A stretch of 64,000 nucleotides of DNA from Alphaproteobacteria bacterium (GTDB taxonomy: Bacteria; Pseudomonadota; Alphaproteobacteria; UBA7985; JAUIBT01), in the NCBI GenBank assembly GCA_030432195.1, contig JAUIHE010000002.1, positions 5,045 through 69,044 of the forward strand. Reading direction: 5' to 3'. A program made the position numbers and the translations under genes. The notes under the pieces are model-generated. The model saw nothing but the letters and a program-made list of their open reading frames with translations, was not told the origin of the DNA and did not search any database. This document shows, piece after piece, positions 9,853-19,200 of the stretch (its first letter is position 1; each line of letters starts with the position of its first letter).

Positions 9853-10452
9853 ATGTTTTTAGCGCGTCGTTTGCTGTTGATGGCCAGCGCAAGTGCTGCG
9901 GTTTTAGGTGTCTCCAGTATTCCAGCTTCGGCTTCGGGTGCGGTAGACCAAGTAAAAGCCGCCGCTCGTATCGCGACCAATGGCATTGGTCGAGGATCGC
10001 GTTCTTCGCGTCGCAGTTCTGCGCGCTCCTTCGTCAATCAGTACATTTCTGTGTCTGCTCTGGCGCGCTCGTCGTTGGGACGAGAATACGAAGATTTGAC
10101 CTCCTCGCAAAAGAGTCGCTATCGCTCTTTGTTTAAAGAGTATTTGGTCGAATACATCTTGGGCTTCTTCGCCAACTATGCGGGGCAGCGCATTGACGTG
10201 CTGCCACGGACCAAAAAGCGCGGCTCTTTGACGATCGTGGCTTCGACCATCACTCACAAGGGCAAGAAGTACGATGTGGACTGGACGCTGGTGGGCTCTG
10301 GCAGCTACCGCCTGTATGACGTCAGCATTGAAGGTCTGAGCCTGCGCCGAGATACCAAGGCCCGCTTTACGCGCGTCTATCGTGCCAAAGGCTACGATGG
10401 TCTGATTACCGCGATGAATAACTACATCCGCCGCTCGAAAGCGGTCGGCTAA
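9853..10452 (+). CDS. MlaC/Ttg2D-family phospholipid-binding periplasmic protein
   Basis: 199 aa; signal peptide; YRLYDVSIEGLSLRRDTKARF and an upstream helix pattern typical of Ttg2D/MlaC. Confidence 0.65.
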   Translation: MFLARRLLLMASASAAVLGVSSIPASASGAVDQVKAAARIATNGIGRGSRSSRRSSARSFVNQYISVSALARSSLGREYEDLTSSQKSRYRSLFKEYLVEYILGFFANYAGQRIDVLPRTKKRGSLTIVASTITHKGKKYDVDWTLVGSGSYRLYDVSIEGLSLRRDTKARFTRVYRAKGYDGLITAMNNYIRRSKAVG

Positions 10453-10603
10453 CAGACCTGCGACATTCGATTTAGACCCATAAGGCGCGCTCAGGCCTCC
10501 TAATCCGGCTTGGGCGCGTCTATGCGTTTATGAATGAGGGCTTGGACCTATTGCCAAGGCAATAGCGATTGCTGGACGCCCCTTTCCTGGGTAGAAACGG
10601 GAC

Positions 10604-11281
10604 ATGCTGATTAAACGCCTCTTCGATATTCTGGTCTCCGCGCTCGCTTTGCTCATCTTGTCCCCGCTGCTATTGGGGCTCGCTGTGCTGATTTGGCACA
10701 AGTTGGGTTGGCCTGTCTTCTTTACCCATATACGCGCGGGCAAGGATGGGCGTCCGTTTCGGATTATCAAGTTTCGCAGCATGTTGGACGCGACGCCTGA
10801 CAAACAGACTGACGAGGAACGCCTGACGCCCTTCGGCGCTAAGCTCCGCTCGACCAGTTTGGACGAGCTGCCAGAGCTCTGGAACGTCCTAACCGGCACG
10901 ATGAGCCTGGTCGGCCCCCGCCCATTGCTGTTGGACTATCTGCCGCTCTATAATTCAGAACAAGCCCGTCGCCACGCGCTGCGCCCTGGTATCACCGGTT
11001 GGGCACAGGTCAACGGGCGCAATGCGCTCGATTGGCCTGATCGCTTTGCGCTGGATACTTGGTATGTCGATAATCGCAGCTTTGCGCTCGATTTGAAGAT
11101 TATGGCTATGACGGTCGGCAAGGTTTTGGCGCGCGATGGCGTCACATCGGCAACGTCGGTGACGATGGAGCGCTTTTTGGGCAATCCACCAAAGGGAGGT
11201 GCCTCTGTGAATGGTGCCCCACCGGCGCAAACCGAGCAGAGGGCTGCCACTGAACAGAGTGAAAAGGAAGGTTCGTCATGA
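10604..11281 (+). CDS. sugar transferase (small monotopic polyprenyl-phosphate phosphoglycosyl transferase, PglC/WbaP C-terminal type)
   Basis: 225 aa; [21 protein letters not shown] re-entrant helix, [26 protein letters not shown]. Confidence 0.85.
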   Translation: MLIKRLFDILVSALALLILSPLLLGLAVLIWHKLGWPVFFTHIRAGKDGRPFRIIKFRSMLDATPDKQTDEERLTPFGAKLRSTSLDELPELWNVLTGTMSLVGPRPLLLDYLPLYNSEQARRHALRPGITGWAQVNGRNALDWPDRFALDTWYVDNRSFALDLKIMAMTVGKVLARDGVTSATSVTMERFLGNPPKGGASVNGAPPAQTEQRAATEQSEKEGSS

Positions 11282-11937
11282 CCGGCTCTCTGACCACTTT
11301 CAAGCGCCAGCTTCCCAATGCGATTAGCTTGGCCAGGGCCTTTGGCATCCTGCCTTTGGCAGCTCTTTTGATTTTTGGCCAAGCGTTGGCCGCGCTGGTG
11401 TTGCTGACCTTGTTGATCGCTAGTGACTGGCTGGATGGCTATCTCGCCCGCCGCTTTCAAGTCATCAGCCGCACTGGGACTTGGCTTGATCCGCTGGCTG
11501 ACAAGGTAATGGTGCTGGGGCTCTATGTCTTTTTCGCCTGTTGGTGCAGTTTGCCTGGCTCCGTGCTGACCGCTTGGTTTTGGCTGCCGATCGCCATTAT
11601 CACTTTGCGCGAGGTCTATATGATCGTTCTACGCTCGCGCGCCGCCGACGCGGGTAAAGCCGTGCCTGCATCAAAGTTGGCGAAGATCAAAACCACGAGC
11701 CAATTTATAGCGCTTTATCTCATGGTGCCCGGTTTCATGGTGTTGCAGCAGCAGCAGATGGCAGGCGAGCCCGGTTCAGGCGCGTCGTCGGTTTCCTTTG
11801 CTGCGTGGCTGGCGCGCTGGGCTCAACACGGGCTCTATGAGGGCATTTTGCTGGCTTTGCTTTGGCTGGCCGCAGGGCTCACCTTGTTGTCGGTGTGGGG
11901 CTATATCAAGCAGGCGCTGCATGCTGGACGCGGCTAG
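11278..11937 (+). CDS. CDP-alcohol phosphatidyltransferase family protein
   Basis: 219 aa. [27 protein letters not shown] matches the D-G-x2-A-R-x8-G-x3-D-x3-D signature exactly. ATGA overlap with the upstream gene. Confidence 0.85.
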   Translation: MTGSLTTFKRQLPNAISLARAFGILPLAALLIFGQALAALVLLTLLIASDWLDGYLARRFQVISRTGTWLDPLADKVMVLGLYVFFACWCSLPGSVLTAWFWLPIAIITLREVYMIVLRSRAADAGKAVPASKLAKIKTTSQFIALYLMVPGFMVLQQQQMAGEPGSGASSVSFAAWLARWAQHGLYEGILLALLWLAAGLTLLSVWGYIKQALHAGRG

Positions 11938-13123
11938 CTCATCTCGGAAGCCTGAGCCCCGTGCCAGGCGGCGCGATTGGTTCGATCGCTTGCTGTTGGG
12001 GCTACAAACTGGCCTTCTGATCTCCGCCCTTCTGTCATTGCTGTGGGTCGGATATCAAGCCTGGCAAAACCCTTTTGTAGAGGCGGTGGTCACCCGTAGC
12101 GCAGAAGAACTGCGTGAAGCTGTGTGGCTGCGGGTAGAACAGAAATTCGATCAAGGCGAGCTTGATCAACGTCTGCGCTCAGCCCTGGATCAAGAGCCTG
12201 TTGCCTGGACCGAAGTCGATCTGACCTTAGCCCTGGCGGAGCGGTTCCAGTTGACGCCCGATCCTGAGTTGGCAACGGCCGTAGCCAGCGCTCGCAAGGA
12301 TGCCCGGCGACCTGTGGCTCTGCTAGGCGATTGTTTTCGCGGTATATTTGGTTTGGATTTGGGCCAGGGCCTGACCGAAGCCAGCTGTGCCGGGGTCTCG
12401 GAAGTAACCTCGGTCGGCGACATCAAGTCCATCTTGCGCGCCGCAGGTGCTGCGGCGTCGGGCCAGCAGATCGACCGTTTCGATCTTGGGCTGGGGATCG
12501 CAGGACTAGCGCTGACCGGTGCCACGCTTGTTTCTGCGGGCACGGCCGCACCCGCCAAAGCAGGCGTCGTTACGGTCAAATTGGCCAAACGCGCGCGCGC
12601 GCTTTCCCCCGGCCTGGAGCGCCACCTGCAAAAGCGCCTGGCACACAGCGTGCATCTGGACCGTGCTTTGAAGGAGCTGGCTAGCCAGGTGGGCAAAGGG
12701 CTGTTTGTGCAGGGGGCGAGTTTGCAGAGCAGGGCAGTCAAGATTGCCAAGGCGTCGATCGACCCAAAAGCGTTCGACCACCTCGCGCGTGATTTAGCGG
12801 ATTTGGGGGTTGCCTTGCAGCGCGTTGGCCCCGGCTCGGCGCTCTACACCCTGCGCTTCGTCGGCTCGGGGCAGGACATCGCCCGCCTGAAACGCTTTAG
12901 CGAGGCCATGGGCAAGGAAACGCCACACGCTTTGTCGGTTCTGGGTCGGGCCGGGTATCGATTATCGGTCAAGACTTTGCGCACGGGGGTGCGGCTGACA
13001 AAGACAATCGGCCTGCTGGTTTGGAATGTCGTGGCATTAGTCTTCAGCTTGGCGCTGTCTTTTCTGAAGTGGTTGGTGTCGGCCTGGTTGAAACGGGCAC
13101 GGCGGGCGCGGCGCTTGGCGTGA
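11921..13123 (+). CDS. hypothetical membrane-anchored protein
   Basis: The 441-aa ORF track entry overlaps the previous gene. The ATG at 11921 gives about 400 aa with one N-terminal TM ([22 protein letters not shown]) and one C-terminal TM. No family recognised. Confidence 0.5.
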   Translation: MLDAASSSRKPEPRARRRDWFDRLLLGLQTGLLISALLSLLWVGYQAWQNPFVEAVVTRSAEELREAVWLRVEQKFDQGELDQRLRSALDQEPVAWTEVDLTLALAERFQLTPDPELATAVASARKDARRPVALLGDCFRGIFGLDLGQGLTEASCAGVSEVTSVGDIKSILRAAGAAASGQQIDRFDLGLGIAGLALTGATLVSAGTAAPAKAGVVTVKLAKRARALSPGLERHLQKRLAHSVHLDRALKELASQVGKGLFVQGASLQSRAVKIAKASIDPKAFDHLARDLADLGVALQRVGPGSALYTLRFVGSGQDIARLKRFSEAMGKETPHALSVLGRAGYRLSVKTLRTGVRLTKTIGLLVWNVVALVFSLALSFLKWLVSAWLKRARRARRLA

Positions 13124-13148
13124 TACTTGCCGCAAGGCGATGCCCGCG

Positions 13149-13256
13149 CTAGAGCAAGCCGCGAATGAGTGGCAATACGAATGAGCATGGACTTGCGTTA
13201 GAAATCAGCCAGCTAGAGCGGAAGGGCTGTCGTAACGACAGGGCCCGACGCTCTAG
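13149..13256 (+). repeat. copy A of a ~108-nt intergenic repeat element with nested inverted repeats
   Basis: Colinear with 30894-31001 (8 differences counted by hand) and with the reverse complement of 58115-58219 (11 differences). Overlaps the uppP stop codon. Confidence 0.9.
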
Positions 13257-14077
13257 AAAGTTACGATGGCCAAGATCAGCAAACCGACAAAGACCCGATA
13301 GACGACAAATATCGTAAAGCTAGCGGTGCGTAGCCAACGCATGAGCCACCAAATCGCCATGAGCGCGACTGCAAACGACAGGCCCGCGGCCCAAAATGCC
13401 GCCGCTGTAAGGGCTGTATTGTGCTCTTGGAACAAGTCGATCATGGCCAGCAGCCCGGCGCCTGATATGGCCGGGATGGAAAGCAGCATGGAAAAGCGAG
13501 CGGCTTCCTCGCGCTCCATGCCCTGAAACCGGCCTGCGGTCATGGTGATGCCTGAACGGCTGGTACCAGGGATGAGTGCCAAGACCTGCATCAGACCGAT
13601 GCTGACATAATCCGGCCAGTCCAGATTGTCGATTTTGCGCACTTGCAGCATGAAACGATCGGCAAGCCACAACACGACGCCGAAAATGATTGTCGCCCAG
13701 GCGATGACCTGCGGCACCCGCAGATATTGAGTGATGATGTCTTTGGTGAAAAATCCGACGATGACCAAAGGAATCGAGGCGACCACCACCGCCAACATTA
13801 AGCGGCTGTCCTTGTTTGGGCGCCCTCTCGCCAGTTGGTAGAGCCCCCGTATCATGGCAAAAACGTCGCGCCAAAAATATAGGATCACGGCGCCCAAGGT
13901 GCCCATGTGTACAGCGACGTCCAAAACCAGCTGTGAGTTCTTGGCCAACTCTGCTTCGTTCCCCAGGCCTAGAGCGGCGCTCGATTCCCAAAGGATGATT
14001 AGGTGACCGGACGAAGAAATGGGCAAGAATTCGGTCAAGCCTTGAACCAAGGCCAACAGAACGAGCATTAAGTACAT
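13253..14077 (-). CDS. uppP: undecaprenyl-diphosphate phosphatase
   Basis: 274 aa; LVQGLTEFLPISSSGHL and PGTSRSG motifs of BacA/UppP. Confidence 0.95.
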   Translation of the reverse strand: MYLMLVLLALVQGLTEFLPISSSGHLIILWESSAALGLGNEAELAKNSQLVLDVAVHMGTLGAVILYFWRDVFAMIRGLYQLARGRPNKDSRLMLAVVVASIPLVIVGFFTKDIITQYLRVPQVIAWATIIFGVVLWLADRFMLQVRKIDNLDWPDYVSIGLMQVLALIPGTSRSGITMTAGRFQGMEREEAARFSMLLSIPAISGAGLLAMIDLFQEHNTALTAAAFWAAGLSFAVALMAIWWLMRWLRTASFTIFVVYRVFVGLLILAIVTF

Positions 14078-14729
14078 AGGCGACCCAGACCCGGCGGCGG
14101 GTTTCTCCAGAAAAAAGAGCGTTTTAGTGCTGCTTTGAGTGAAAATAACGAGAGGAAAGACAGCGCAAGAAGCCCCAATCCGGGGCAGATCGCCTGCTCT
14201 CTAGGCTCGATACCACAGGGGCATGCAAAAATGAAGCAAAGCAATTAGTATCGTTTGGCGACTAATTTATTGAGCGATTGGGTGTTCTTGGCGAATTGAC
14301 ATGGTTGAGCTACCTAGGTAGGGATAATTTCGTCGCGTTCCGGGACTAATTGTGTGAATTTGCTTGATTTCCCGTCTGTTGGGCCTAGTGTGCGCGGTGT
14401 TACAAGCGCCGCTGGCTCCAGCTAGCCGGGATGCAAGAGACAGGTCCAGGCTTTCCAACCGCCCCAGGCCTACCTTGGAGCGATTGCCCGCGATCGCACC
14501 GGCGATCATGGCGGCGACATAGTGCGTCTGATCGTGCATCGTGTGACCGATCGTGCATAGGCCGCACAATAGAGATGAACCGCGAGAAAAACGACAAGAG
14601 ACCCGAGAAACCAGACCTGACCGGTGCGCTAGCATTCTGGTCGCCGCCACACCAAACAAGAACCGCTGATGAAAAAGCAGCACCAATAAAATAACACACC
14701 ACCACCTGCCCCTAACAATTGAACGACGC

Positions 14730-16157
14730 ATGCTCAAATTTACCGACCTCAACCAAGCCTACCCCATCAAGCGCGGTGCGGATGCCCGTCGCGACGATTT
14801 TCGGGAAATCTACCAGGACTTCGCTGACGACAAAGCGAACGAGCAAGCATCGCGCTGTTCGCAGTGCGGCGTGCCCTATTGTTCCGTTCACTGTCCGCTG
14901 GGCAACAACATCCCGGATTGGCTGAACTTGGCCGCCGCAGGGCGTCTGGACGAAGCCTATACCGAGGCCTCGCGCACCAACACCTTCCCTGAGATTTGCG
15001 GGCGCATTTGTCCGCAGGACCGCTTGTGTGAAGGCAACTGTGTGATCGAGAGCGCGGGGCATGGGGCGGTCACCATTGGCTCAATCGAAAAGTACATCAC
15101 AGAGCATGCCTTTGACAGCGGGCTGGTCAAACCGATCCAACCGCACCAAGAACGGAGCGAAAAGGTCGCCATTATTGGTGCTGGCCCTGCTGGTCTTGCC
15201 GCCGCCGAGCAGCTCCGCCAGCAAGGGGTGCAGGTGACGGTCTTCGACCGCTATGACCGTGTTGGCGGCCTGCTGGTCTATGGGATCCCTGGTTTCAAGC
15301 TTGAAAAGCACGTGGTGGCCCGCCGTCGCGACTGGCTGGAGCAGTCGGGCGTGCGTTTTGTTTTGAATTCGGACATCGGACGCACCCAAGGATTTTCAGA
15401 CCTTCGCCAAGAATACGATGCGATCTTGATCGCGACCGGTGTCTACAAGGTGCGCGATCTGAAGGCGCCGGGCTCTGGCCTGGACGGCATCGTGGCGGCA
15501 CTGGATTACTTGACGACATCTAACAAGCAGAACATGGGCGACAGCGTTCCCGACTATGAGAGCGGCCGGTTGAACGCTAAGGGCAAAAAGGTTGTGGTCA
15601 TCGGCGGCGGTGACACGGCCATGGATTGTGTGCGCACCGCCATTCGCCAAGGCGCAACCGATGTAACCTGTCTGTACCGTCGTGACCGCGCGAACATGCC
15701 GGGATCACAGCGCGAAGTCGCCAATGCCGAAGAAGAAGGCGTGACCTTTAACTGGCTGTCGGCGCCTTTGGCCTTCGACGGCGACGATCGTGTTGCTTCG
15801 GTCAGGGTTCAAAAGATGCGCTTGGGCATGCCCGATGCCTCTGGCCGCTCCCAGCCAGAAGCTATCCCGGACGCCGTTGAAACGCTGGAAGCCGATCTGG
15901 TGGTCAAGGCCTTGGGCTTTGAACCTGAGGATCTGCCAAAAATGTTCGCTGAGCCCGGCCTGCAGGTGACCCGCTGGGGCACGCTGAAAGTCGATTGGTC
16001 GAGCATGCAAGTGCAAGATATGCCCGGCGTCTTTGGGGCGGGCGATATCGTCCGCGGCGCAAGCTTGGTGGTCTGGGCGATCCGCGATGGCCGCGATGCC
16101 GCACAAGGCATCTTGGGCTACCTCAATGCTCAACAAGCGCAGTTGGCCGCAGAATAG
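14730..16157 (+). CDS. gltD: glutamate synthase (NADPH) small subunit
   Basis: 475 aa; N-terminal Cys clusters (CSQCGVPYC, CPLGNNIP), GAGPAGL dinucleotide fold; sits upstream of gltB. Confidence 0.95.
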   Translation: MLKFTDLNQAYPIKRGADARRDDFREIYQDFADDKANEQASRCSQCGVPYCSVHCPLGNNIPDWLNLAAAGRLDEAYTEASRTNTFPEICGRICPQDRLCEGNCVIESAGHGAVTIGSIEKYITEHAFDSGLVKPIQPHQERSEKVAIIGAGPAGLAAAEQLRQQGVQVTVFDRYDRVGGLLVYGIPGFKLEKHVVARRRDWLEQSGVRFVLNSDIGRTQGFSDLRQEYDAILIATGVYKVRDLKAPGSGLDGIVAALDYLTTSNKQNMGDSVPDYESGRLNAKGKKVVVIGGGDTAMDCVRTAIRQGATDVTCLYRRDRANMPGSQREVANAEEEGVTFNWLSAPLAFDGDDRVASVRVQKMRLGMPDASGRSQPEAIPDAVETLEADLVVKALGFEPEDLPKMFAEPGLQVTRWGTLKVDWSSMQVQDMPGVFGAGDIVRGASLVVWAIRDGRDAAQGILGYLNAQQAQLAAE

Positions 16158-16289
16158 CGGTCGCTGCCTCGACAAAACGAGCGGCCGGCGCACTGGCAAA
16201 ATCCACAATTCGGGGGGCGATCAACGTTCCCCATCCCCGCATGATGCGGCTCCTGTCCGGAGCCAGATAAACAAATAGGACCGAAGGCC

Positions 16290-19200
16290 ATGACTAAGAA
16301 AACCATCAGCTCTATCGCGAACGAGCAAGACGCTCAGCAGTGGGTCGATCACTATCGCCGCACGCAAGCTCAGCTCACCGATGCGCACGCCTACCGCCCG
16401 GATCAGGAGCACGAGAACTGCGGGGTTGGTTTGGTGGCCGCGACCGATGGCAAGCCAACCCGTTTGGTGGTTGAGACCGCAATTCAAGCCCTGAAGGCGG
16501 TATGGCACCGCGGCGCTGTTGACGCCGACGGCAAGACCGGTGACGGCGCGGGCATTATGATGAATATCCCGCAAGCCTTCTTCCGTTCCGAAGTTGAGCG
16601 TACCGGTCACATCGTGCCCGAAGGGGCGTCTGTTGGCGTGGGGCAGGTCTTCTTGCCGCGTACCGATATGGCCAAACAAGAAGCCTGCCGTGTCATTATT
16701 GAGCGCGAGATTTTGAACGCGGGCTACCGAATTCACGGTTGGCGCCAGGTGCCGGTTGAACCCGCGGTTCTGGGGATGAAGGCCAACGCCACCCGCCCAG
16801 AAATTGAGCAAATCTTGATCCACGTTGACGCTGGCGCGGACATCGAAGCAACCGAGCGCAACTTTTACATTATTCGCCGCCGCATCGAAAATGCCGCGCG
16901 CGCCAAAGGCATTTCAGAGCTGTATGTCTGTTCGCTGTCGATCAATTGCATCATCTACAAGGGCATGTTCCTGGCTCAGGACCTATCGGAGTTCTATCCG
17001 GACTTGTTGGACCCGCGCTTTGTGTCGAACGTGGCTTTGTATCACCAGCGCTATTCGACCAACACCTTCCCAACATGGTCGCTGGCTCAGCCGTTCCGCG
17101 TGATCGCCCACAACGGCGAAATCAACACGCTGAAGGGCAATCACAACTGGATGCGCGCGCATGAATCGCGCATGGAATCGGATGCAACCTTCGGGGATGC
17201 GATCGATGAGTTGCGCCCGGTTATTCAGCCTGGCAGCTCTGATACCTCGGCCATGGACGCCGTGTTCGAGCTGCTGTGCTCAAGCCAACGCAGCTTGCCC
17301 ATGGTCAAGTCGCTCATGATCCCCGAAGCTTGGAGCGAAGATGCCACCATGCCCGATGCGCACAAGGCGCTTTATCAGTACTGCAACTCGGTCATGGAGC
17401 CCTGGGACGGCCCCGCGGCGGTCGTCGGGCACTACGGGTCTTGGGTCATCGCGGGCTTGGACCGTTCGGGTCTGCGTCCCATGCGCTATTCCATTGTGCG
17501 CGACCGCCAAAACGACTCGGAGTTGCTGATTGCGGGCTCTGAGACCGGCATGGTGCGGATCGACGAACAAGACGTCGTTAAGCTGGGCCGCATTGGACCG
17601 GGCAGCTTGATCGCCGTCAACCTGGCCGAAGGCAAGCTCTACATGGACAGCGAGATCAAAGATTTGCTGGCCAGCGAGCATCCTTTTGCAGACTGGACCC
17701 AGGGCATCAAGCGCCTGGACGAACGCATGCAAGCGTCGCGGGTACCGGGCACCACCGCTGAGAACAGCGAATTTGAGGGCGAAGAACTGCGCCGTCGCCA
17801 GTTGGTCTATGGGTCGACCCATGAGGAGCTGGAGCTGATCTTGCACCCCATGATCGTTGACGGCAAAGAGCCGATTGGCTCCATGGGCGATGATACCCCT
17901 ATGGCGGTCTTGTCAGACAAGTACCGGCCTTTGCACCACTTCTTCCGTCAAGATTTCAGCCAGGTAACCAACCCGCCCATCGACTCGCTGCGCGAACGCA
18001 GCGTCATGTCGTTGACGACGCGCTTGGGCAACCTGGGCAACATCCTGGACGTCAGCGCGAGCCAGTGTGATTTGTACCTGCTGTCTTCACCGGTTCTGAC
18101 CAACGGCGAATGGCAGGGTGTTAAGGACGCGCTGGTCGGCGATGGCGCCGAGATCGCGGAAATCGACTGTACCTATGACCCCAGCGAGGGCAGCACCGCC
18201 ATGCGCGATGCCATTACCCGCATTCGCGGTGACGCCGAGCGCGCCGCGCGCCGGGGCATCCAGCACTTGTTCTTGTCCGACAAGGCCATTGGGGCCAACC
18301 GCGCACCTTTGCCGATGATCCTGGCGACCGGGGCGGTTCACACTCACCTGCTGGAAACCGATCTGCGGACTTTTGTCTCGCTGAATGTCCAGTCTGGCGA
18401 GTGCATGGATACGCACTATTTTGCCGTGCTGATCGGTGTCGGTGCGACCTCGGTCAACGCCTACATGGTGCAGGAGAATGCCGCTGATCGCATCCGCCGC
18501 GGGTTGGTGCCCGATGGCACAACGCTGGACGTGGCTATGGGCCGCTTCAAGAAGGCTATCGGCGACGGCATTTTGAAAATCATGTCAAAGATGGGCATCG
18601 GCGTCGTCAGCTCCTACCGGGGCGGCTACAACTTCGAGGCCGTCGGCCTGTCGCGCACGCTGGTCTCCGAGTTCTTCCCAGGTGTGCCCTCGCGCATTTC
18701 GGGCATCGGTCTGATCGGCATCCAAAAGAAGCTCAACGAGCTGCATGCCAAGGCCTATAATCAAGCAGCCGTTCCGCTGCCGATTGGGGGCTTCTATCGT
18801 TTCCGTCGCGGTGAAGAAAAGCACGCCTGGGACGCGCGCAACATGCACTTGTTGCAGTCGGCCGTGAACAAAGGCTCGTTCCAGACCTACAAGCAGTACG
18901 CCAAGATGGTCAACGAGCAGTCGCCGATTTGGCTGCGCGATCTGCTGGGCTTCAAGACCGAGGGCCTTCGCGCCATTGACCTGTCGGAAGTCGAGAGCGT
19001 TACCAGCCTGCGCAAGCGCTTTGTGACCCCGGGCATCTCGCTGGGTGCGCTGTCCAAGGAAGCGCACGAGACCCTGGCGATTGCCATGAACCGTATCGGT
19101 GCGCGCTCTGATTCGGGCGAGGGCGGCGAAGATCCTGACCGCTATCACCCTTGGGCAGGCGGAGATAACGCTAAGTCTGCCATTAAGCAGGTGGCGTCGG

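Noticed and set aside
12844-13188. ORFs 12844-13188 (-) and 58183-58500 (+) share an N-terminus ML(I/M)R.ATHSRLA, and the equivalent reading in copy B gives MLMRSANHSRLA. This suggested a small conserved protein.
   Set aside because: The similarity is confined to the 108-nt DNA repeat. The reading frames run out into unrelated flanking DNA. There is no RBS before the ATG, and differences between copies are mostly non-synonymous.
14267-14752. A 161-aa ORF on the minus strand in the uppP-gltD gap.
   Set aside because: Its composition is implausible (Arg/Ser/Leu/Cys-rich). It has no RBS or family signature, and it overlaps the gltD start.
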